From Acutalibacteraceae bacterium (GTDB lineage Bacteria > Bacillota > Clostridia > Oscillospirales > Acutalibacteraceae), in contig JBGUUF010000175.1 of assembly GCA_045133435.1 (NCBI GenBank), forward strand, positions 1 to 27,020: a DNA stretch of 27,020 nucleotides, written 5' to 3'. Below the pieces are notes generated by a model. That model had not been told where the DNA came from. It saw nothing but the letters and a program-made list of their open reading frames with translations, and made no database searches. Shown here piece by piece: positions 17,567 through 23,370 of the stretch. Within the stretch, counting starts at the first letter, position 1. The number at the start of each line of letters is the position of its first letter. The translations under genes were made by a program, and so were the position numbers.

Positions 17567-17896
17567 ATGGAGAATATTAGTTTAGATGGTTTTTGTACGG
17601 TACATATAAAGCCGGAAAGCGCTTTGCGCGAACGCCGTGTTATTCTCGGTTTGACACAGCAGGCGGTTGCTGACAGAGCTCAAATCCCGATTCAAAGTTA
17701 TCAGCAGTTTGAAAGCGGTAAAAGGAAAATAAGACGGGCATCTTTTGAAATAGCCTGTCGTGTTATTGAAGCCCTTGAAATGACGCCTACAGATTTCTAT
17801 CACACTGATTATTCAATCGGTGAAGAAATCTACAATTCGGAAGAAGGGCTTCGCTATAAGAAAACAGGAAAGTTAACATATGAGGACGTAGAATAA
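17567..17896 (+). CDS. XRE-family helix-turn-helix transcriptional regulator
   Basis: LRERRVILGLTQQAVADRAQIPIQSYQQFESGKR HTH. ATG 17567 follows GAGGTG. Confidence 0.88.
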   Translation: MENISLDGFCTVHIKPESALRERRVILGLTQQAVADRAQIPIQSYQQFESGKRKIRRASFEIACRVIEALEMTPTDFYHTDYSIGEEIYNSEEGLRYKKTGKLTYEDVE

Positions 17897-17997
17897 ATGG
17901 ATTTGGAAAGCGTTCCATAAATACATAGTTGGGGCACCGTTATGGTCAAATCAAGGTTCCGCTAACAGGAGAAAAAATAATACATAAATAAAAATGA

Positions 17998-18032
17998 AGC
18001 ACCAATCGACTGGCTGAGTCGGTTGGTGTTTT
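17998..18032 (+). terminator. Intrinsic terminator-like hairpin before the hydrolase gene
   Basis: 14-bp stem (two G.U pairs) AGCACCAATCGACT / AGTCGGTTGGTGTT, 5-nt loop, T-run. Confidence 0.65.
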
Positions 18033-18050
18033 CTGTTAGGAGGAATAATT

Positions 18051-19424
18051 ATCAGCGCAACGATAGGCGCCGCACTAAAGAAAATAGCTGTGGCGATACT
18101 CACAAACAAGAACGCTCTGAAAAAAGCATTGACCGTTATTCTTATTATTTTGCTTGTGATTCTGATGCCGGTTATAGCGATAGTCTCGTTTTTTACAGGA
18201 AATATCAGCATAGACACAGCCGGACTCTCGCAAAAGATAGAATCACAGTTAACGGCTGAAGAAAGAGCAAAAATATCCAAAGCTGAAGAATTACTCAAAA
18301 AAGTTGAAAGTGAGATGAAGAAAAAGAAGTATACAGACGATCAGATCTTGCAGGCAAGAGTTATTACTGTTTTATTTTTGCAGGATAAGGTATCAGATAA
18401 GGATTTTGTCTCTAAGCTTGTCGGCTGCTTCAAGAAGAATCAGAAAACTCAAACGCTCATCAGTAACGTCAACAGAACCTTCAGCACTACGATTGAGGTT
18501 GAGGATTTTGAAAAGCTAATGTCATACATCAATACTTCATCAGGCAGTGGTGATATCGTAAGGATAGCCCAAAAAGAAATAGGAAATGTCGGCGGTGAAA
18601 AGTATTGGAAATGGTATGGATTTCCGTCAAGAGTTGATTGGTGTTGTATCTTCGTGTCTTGGTGTGCTGATCAGTGCGGATATATCAATTCGGGATTAGT
18701 ACCCAAATACTCTGTAGTCGATGACGGCGCGAATTGGTTCAAGCAGAAGAATCAATGGCTGCCTGGTTCCGCAACACCGAGTCCCGGATATATTATTTTT
18801 TTTGATTGGGCATATGATGGCTTGGACGGCAAAGGTGATCACACAGGCATTGTCGAAAAAGTTGAGAACGGTATTGTTTATACCATTGAGGGCAACAGCG
18901 GAGATAAGGTTTGTGAGAATCAGTATAGAGTAGGAAACAAGGAAATCTTGGGCTACGGTAAATTCAAGCAGCCCGAAATAGCCGCGTCTGGTGACGCAGC
19001 AACTCAAGTGTGGAATTATTTGAAAAGCTATGGCTATTCAGACAGCGTAGCCGCAGGGATCATAGGAAATATGATGCGAGAATGCGGCGGCGATACGCTG
19101 AACCTTGATTGGGATGTTGTCGGTCACTTTAACGGCGACGAGTATTATGGATTATGCCAGTGGTGTTTGAGATATACTCCATCAAACTTCAAAGGTGCGA
19201 CCATTAAGGAACAATGCGAATATCTGCATCAGACAATCGAATCTGCTTTTGCTTCTTACGGCGGTAACTATAACGGGATCACCTACAGCGAGTTTCTGAA
19301 AGCGGACACGCGCAAAGCGGCGATAGCATTTGAAAGGGTATATGAACGATGCGGTGATTATTCGTTTGAGGATGGACGCAGAGCGGATAACGCTGAAACA
19401 GCATATAAGAAGTTTCACAAATAA
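18051..19424 (+). CDS. Conjugation peptidoglycan hydrolase (VirB1-like): N-terminal TM, CHAP domain, phage-tail-type lysozyme domain
   Basis: CHAP motifs WCCIFVSWCA, DHTGIVE, TIEGNS. Lysozyme motifs VWNYL...AAGIIGNMMREC...YGLCQW...FERVYER. Start placed at ATC 18051 (7 nt after AGGAGG); the first canonical start is GTG 18090. Confidence 0.85.
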   Translation: MSATIGAALKKIAVAILTNKNALKKALTVILIILLVILMPVIAIVSFFTGNISIDTAGLSQKIESQLTAEERAKISKAEELLKKVESEMKKKKYTDDQILQARVITVLFLQDKVSDKDFVSKLVGCFKKNQKTQTLISNVNRTFSTTIEVEDFEKLMSYINTSSGSGDIVRIAQKEIGNVGGEKYWKWYGFPSRVDWCCIFVSWCADQCGYINSGLVPKYSVVDDGANWFKQKNQWLPGSATPSPGYIIFFDWAYDGLDGKGDHTGIVEKVENGIVYTIEGNSGDKVCENQYRVGNKEILGYGKFKQPEIAASGDAATQVWNYLKSYGYSDSVAAGIIGNMMRECGGDTLNLDWDVVGHFNGDEYYGLCQWCLRYTPSNFKGATIKEQCEYLHQTIESAFASYGGNYNGITYSEFLKADTRKAAIAFERVYERCGDYSFEDGRRADNAETAYKKFHK

Positions 19425-19504
19425 GAATTATTATAAAGAAGAGAGCTGGATTATTAATTTAAATGTGGTATTGTATGTTGTTACACAGAGGGAGGTGAAA
19501 ACCA

Positions 19505-20554
19505 ATGATTTATAAAGCACAATTTGAAACAAAGCGCAGCAGAGTGGATTTTGATGAATGCGATATTAGATTCAGCGTAGGATTATCCAAAGAGGACTTT
19601 GATCATCTGCGGACGAATCTGTTAGAGGAATCGAAGTTTATCAAGCCGTATCTTCATATGCTCGACCGAAACGCCGAGGTGGATCAGGCTATGCTATTCA
19701 CTTGCGATAATGAGAAATACGGATTGATTGTGATTCCAAGTGATACAGGCTATGCTCGGTACACGGCGTTCGTTCCTGACGCGAGAAGAATGCCTGCTCA
19801 TCTGCAGTACAGCTCACTTGATAAATACGATGAAGAGATGACGCGCATTGTCGGACTCTATACTCAGAAAGCATTAGACGATCAAGAGGACGGAGAGTAC
19901 AATCTTGATATGGACGAAGTGTATGATGAGTTTAAGTTCCGAGAATTTAATCAAAATCTATTCCTTGATATGCTGCGTGACCGCCCTGAATTTGACGATA
20001 TCAATTACTATGACGGTGTGTACACAGTCAAGATAGCAAAGGACTATCTCAGCGATGACGAATACTACCGTTTATTTCAGGACGATGTCGACATCATGGA
20101 AGCTAAGCACATCCTTTGGATGCACGACGCAGGCGGCGAACAAGCAGACTTCCGAGGCTGTGAGATGGATGGGATTGATTTCAAAGGAAAAAACTTCGCC
20201 GGAGCAATATTTGATGACAGTATCGTTACTAACTCGGACTTCGGGAACGCAATGCTGATGGGCGCAAGCTTCAATCAGTCAGAAATCAATAGATGTGATT
20301 TCACAAATACAACCGCCGAAGAAGTCAAAGCGAAAAACGCCGCTTTCATTGACTGCAAGTTTACACAAGCAGATTTCATTGAAAGTGATTTTGAGGGAAC
20401 GCGCTTTGATAACTGCGATTTCGGTTGTATCTCAATTGAGAACAGCTGTATCAAGGACACCGAGTTTTACAGAACAGAACCCGAAAAGGAAGAATTGGAC
20501 AGGTGCTATGAAACAAAACCTGATACCAAACAAAATCAAAATATTAATCTATAA
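19505..20554 (+). CDS. DUF6329-like N-terminal domain plus pentapeptide-repeat protein (paralogue 1)
   Basis: GLIVIPSDTGYARYTAFVPDAR N-terminal motif, KHILW..AGGEQADF followed by about 110 aa of A(D/N)F/Lxx pentapeptides. GGAGGTG SD. Confidence 0.8.
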   Translation: MIYKAQFETKRSRVDFDECDIRFSVGLSKEDFDHLRTNLLEESKFIKPYLHMLDRNAEVDQAMLFTCDNEKYGLIVIPSDTGYARYTAFVPDARRMPAHLQYSSLDKYDEEMTRIVGLYTQKALDDQEDGEYNLDMDEVYDEFKFREFNQNLFLDMLRDRPEFDDINYYDGVYTVKIAKDYLSDDEYYRLFQDDVDIMEAKHILWMHDAGGEQADFRGCEMDGIDFKGKNFAGAIFDDSIVTNSDFGNAMLMGASFNQSEINRCDFTNTTAEEVKAKNAAFIDCKFTQADFIESDFEGTRFDNCDFGCISIENSCIKDTEFYRTEPEKEELDRCYETKPDTKQNQNINL

Positions 20555-20580
20555 CGCCGATGGGAAACTATCGGCGTTTC
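20553..20580 (+). terminator. GNRA-capped hairpin between the two pentapeptide genes
   Basis: AACGCCGATGG-GAAA-CTATCGGCGTT, 11-bp stem, short T tail. Confidence 0.5.
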
Positions 20581-20603
20581 GCTATGTAAAGAAGTGAAAA
20601 CGA

Positions 20604-21653
20604 ATGATTCTAAACGTACACCTTAACAGAAAACCAACCGAGTACGGTTTGAGCCGTTGCAATGTCGCTCACATCGTCGAACTTAGTCATGATGATTTTA
20701 TCATGCTGAAAAGCAGACCGCTTGATGATTACAGCTTCATAACGGACAACAAGGATAAGCTTCAGTACGATAACAGTAATACACGTCAGTGCATTATGTT
20801 TCTTGACGGCGAAGGTGATGACGGAATCCTTGTAGATCCGCAGGGATATGATTACGCCAGATATTCGGCGTATATTTCCAACGCGCGGCAGCTCTGCAGA
20901 CTCGGACAGTACCCTTCGCTTGATGACTCAAACAGGGATATGGAGAGTCTGGTGGAGCATTACGTCAGAGAGGTGATGGAAACACATTCTGAGGGAGAGG
21001 CGACTCTCTCCCTTTCCGATGTGGACGATTATTACCACTCAGAGTATCAAGGCTTTCTTGACCACGAGCTGTTTCAGAATATGATGACAGAACGCCCTGA
21101 GCTTGACGGTGTAGAAGAAAACTGCGGCGATTTATTTATCCATGTTAAGTCACAGTATCAGCATAATCAGATGAGAGAGCTTAGTCAGCAGGAAGTTGAC
21201 GTGATGTGCGCGAAGCATATCCTGTGGTTGAACGATGCCGGTGGTGAACAGGCTAACTTTCAAAACTGCTATCTGAATAACATTAATCTGTTTGGAAAGG
21301 ATTTATCCAACAGTTATTGTGAAGGTGCTTTGTTCGAAAAATGCGATATGCACTCTACAGATTTCGAAAACGCCGAAATGGAGTCAGCGAGATTCGATAA
21401 CTGCTATATGCAGGATTTCTTCGCAAACAAGACAAACCTGATTCAAGCAGATTTTATCGGGTGCGATATTTCTAACTCTGTTGTCTGCGATTCTATTCTC
21501 ACAGGTGCGACGTTGCAGAACTGTAAGGTTGATAACACGCAAATCATCAACTGTCAGCTTGACGGCTTCGATTATCCGGCAACAAATATCGAATCGTTGT
21601 TTTGCATGACGCAAAAATCATCCGATGAAACAAGCAACATGAATATATCATAA
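20604..21653 (+). CDS. DUF6329-like N-terminal domain plus pentapeptide-repeat protein (paralogue 2)
   Basis: LNRKP...DDGILVDPQGYDYARYSAYISNAR, KHILWLNDAGGEQANF and pentapeptide repeats. Same length (349 aa) as the upstream paralogue. Confidence 0.8.
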   Translation: MILNVHLNRKPTEYGLSRCNVAHIVELSHDDFIMLKSRPLDDYSFITDNKDKLQYDNSNTRQCIMFLDGEGDDGILVDPQGYDYARYSAYISNARQLCRLGQYPSLDDSNRDMESLVEHYVREVMETHSEGEATLSLSDVDDYYHSEYQGFLDHELFQNMMTERPELDGVEENCGDLFIHVKSQYQHNQMRELSQQEVDVMCAKHILWLNDAGGEQANFQNCYLNNINLFGKDLSNSYCEGALFEKCDMHSTDFENAEMESARFDNCYMQDFFANKTNLIQADFIGCDISNSVVCDSILTGATLQNCKVDNTQIINCQLDGFDYPATNIESLFCMTQKSSDETSNMNIS

Positions 21654-21663
21654 GAGGTAGCCT

Positions 21664-21915
21664 ATGAAGAAAGAAAATATCAGTATTGCTTATGACAGCG
21701 AAAAGCTTTCTGCTGTCAAGTTATATATGGAGCAGCGCGATACCGATTTGAAATCAGAGATGGAAAAGTCGCTCGACGCGCTCTATACAAAATATGTTCC
21801 CGCAAACGTGCGTGAGTTTCTTGATATGAAATCATCTGCGCCGTCAACAAGCAGACCAAAATCAAATCGTTCTAAGCCGAGCGAAAATAAAAGCGAGGTG
21901 AATGAGAATGTTTGA
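21664..21915 (+). CDS. DUF6103-like small ICE protein
   Basis: YDSEKLSAVKLYMEQ...LYTKYVPANVREFLDM motif, GAGG SD. Confidence 0.75.
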   Translation: MKKENISIAYDSEKLSAVKLYMEQRDTDLKSEMEKSLDALYTKYVPANVREFLDMKSSAPSTSRPKSNRSKPSENKSEVNENV

Positions 21916-22582
21916 AATAAACTTTGATTTCGATTACAACAGCTATAAGCTCAACGCTATTATTGATTGCTTCAATCACGAGGAAGAGGAACTGCGGATG
22001 GAGTTGATCAATCACATGGAAAAGCTCTACGATGAGCTTGTGCCGCCCGAAGTGAAAGAACAGGTTGACCAAGAAATCCTTGAAGAGCATAACCGTCAGT
22101 GGCAGTATGATAATTGCTTTGCGCTTATCCATATGCACAATGACGATGATGAAGAAGTGTATTTCGTGGCAAAAGGAATACACTCGCTTTATGACGCTGC
22201 GAGTTTTTATTATCATCATCTGTTAGATATGAAAGATGAATATACTCTTGATTGTCTTGTAGAAAAATTCGATTCCTATGATTATACAGATAAGCCAGTC
22301 TTTGATGTGCTGTCCGATGCGCAAGACAATGATAAGAGAATCAGCTGTACAGTAGACTATGATTTTGAAACCGGCATTCTTACCTTCAAGGAAAACGGAG
22401 CGCAGGAATCAGAATACTTTGACTTGAATTTCTTGGAGTCTGCTATTGAAAGAGCAGAACACGGAGGTGTCGGAGAAGCTCAACGTCATGATTCCTTCGA
22501 CGCTGATATCGAATGGTATAAAAACCAGAGTCAAAGTCGTTTCGGTGAAGGTCAGGACGAGGGCAGTACAATGCACCTGTGA
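21908..22582 (+). CDS. DUF6103-like N-terminus fused to an acidic C-terminal domain
   Basis: ATG 21908 is 7 nt after GAGGTG. N-terminus aligns with the upstream gene. Ends QDEGSTMHL. Confidence 0.75.
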   Translation: MFEINFDFDYNSYKLNAIIDCFNHEEEELRMELINHMEKLYDELVPPEVKEQVDQEILEEHNRQWQYDNCFALIHMHNDDDEEVYFVAKGIHSLYDAASFYYHHLLDMKDEYTLDCLVEKFDSYDYTDKPVFDVLSDAQDNDKRISCTVDYDFETGILTFKENGAQESEYFDLNFLESAIERAEHGGVGEAQRHDSFDADIEWYKNQSQSRFGEGQDEGSTMHL

Positions 22583-22739
22583 TCGCCGTGTTCGCCTTGT
22601 GTCGGCTTTTCAAAACGCAGGAAGAACAGTAACCGCCTGAACGCAGGAAAGCCAACGCGGGCGATTGTTTGCAGAATTTAACGAAAGGTAAATCATCGGC
22701 AAATCGGGGTATAAAACGGCGGTCGAAAAGTAAGCAGGA

Positions 22740-22935
22740 GAAAGCGTGTGTGTCGCAGACGCGACCACACGCAGTTCACAGCAGCCGGCAATGCCGACTG
22801 CAAAGCCATTTTTCGGGGCTTTAGTGATTTGGAAAAGTGTGTGTCATAAAACAGCTTTTGTGTCAGCTTGTGTGTCATAAAACCCGATTTTCCGATGTTA
22901 AAGCCGTTTATCTGTACTCAAAACTGTGTGTCAAG
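22740..22935. other. Candidate origin of transfer (oriT) / relaxosome-binding region
   Basis: Non-coding region upstream of the RHH and relaxase genes with three adjacent inverted repeats (22744-22772, 22781-22801, 22802-22822) and multiple TGTGTC direct repeats. The nic site cannot be identified from sequence. Confidence 0.65.
22838..22883 (+). repeat. Two exact 15-bp direct repeats TGTGTGTCATAAAAC, 31 bp apart
   Basis: Copies at 22838-22852 and 22869-22883. Extra TGTGTCA at 22859-22865 and 22927-22933. Confidence 0.9.
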
Positions 22936-22956
22936 AAGAATTGAGGTGAATTAAGC

Positions 22957-23367
22957 ATGGATAAGCCCGATAAAAAGGTTAGATTTGCGTTGTACGTCAA
23001 TCAATCAGCTTTAGATCTTGTAGATGAATACTTCGAGAAAGATAACTGCTTTAGTAAGAGTGAGTTCATAGAAAATGCGATCAGATTCTATGTCAGCTAT
23101 CTTTCTTCCGATACAAATATTCCTTATCTATCTACCGTCGTTATGTCAACGATGGATTCTTTATTAAAAGAAAATACAAACAGACTCAGCAAATTGCTTT
23201 TTAAGTTAGCGGTTGAGCTCGCTATCACCATGAATGTCGTAGCGGCAAATCAGGGAGTTGATAAAGAAGTCCTTAATAGTTTGCGCAGTGAATGTATCAA
23301 AGAAGTCAAGAAGACTAACGGCATCTTTACCTTTGATGAAGCAGATAATTGGCAGAAAGGCTTGTAA
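22957..23367 (+). CDS. Ribbon-helix-helix relaxosome accessory protein (MobC/TraM-like)
   Basis: N-terminal beta strand RFALYV plus two helices (SKSEFIENAIRFY). Sits between the oriT-like region and the relaxase. GAGGTG SD. Confidence 0.75.
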   Translation: MDKPDKKVRFALYVNQSALDLVDEYFEKDNCFSKSEFIENAIRFYVSYLSSDTNIPYLSTVVMSTMDSLLKENTNRLSKLLFKLAVELAITMNVVAANQGVDKEVLNSLRSECIKEVKKTNGIFTFDEADNWQKGL

Positions 23368-23370
23368 TCT

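Noticed and set aside
16070-17905. Degenerate TAAAT...(A/G)TT motif at cargo-gene borders (16073, 16425, 17894)
   Set aside because: Too short, AT-rich and variable to distinguish from chance, and absent at the other junctions of the block.
18023-18259. 78-aa + strand ORF overlapping the hydrolase start
   Set aside because: No SD, overlaps a well-supported gene in another frame, no motif.
19505-21653. Calling the pentapeptide genes qnr (quinolone resistance)
   Set aside because: The repeat region is only about 110 aa and is fused to unrelated N-terminal domains. Pentapeptide repeats alone do not establish Qnr function.
22693-22878. Short ORFs in the oriT-like region (22443-22655, 22446-22640, 22693-22878)
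   Set aside because: No SD or motif. The region is better explained as non-coding repeats.
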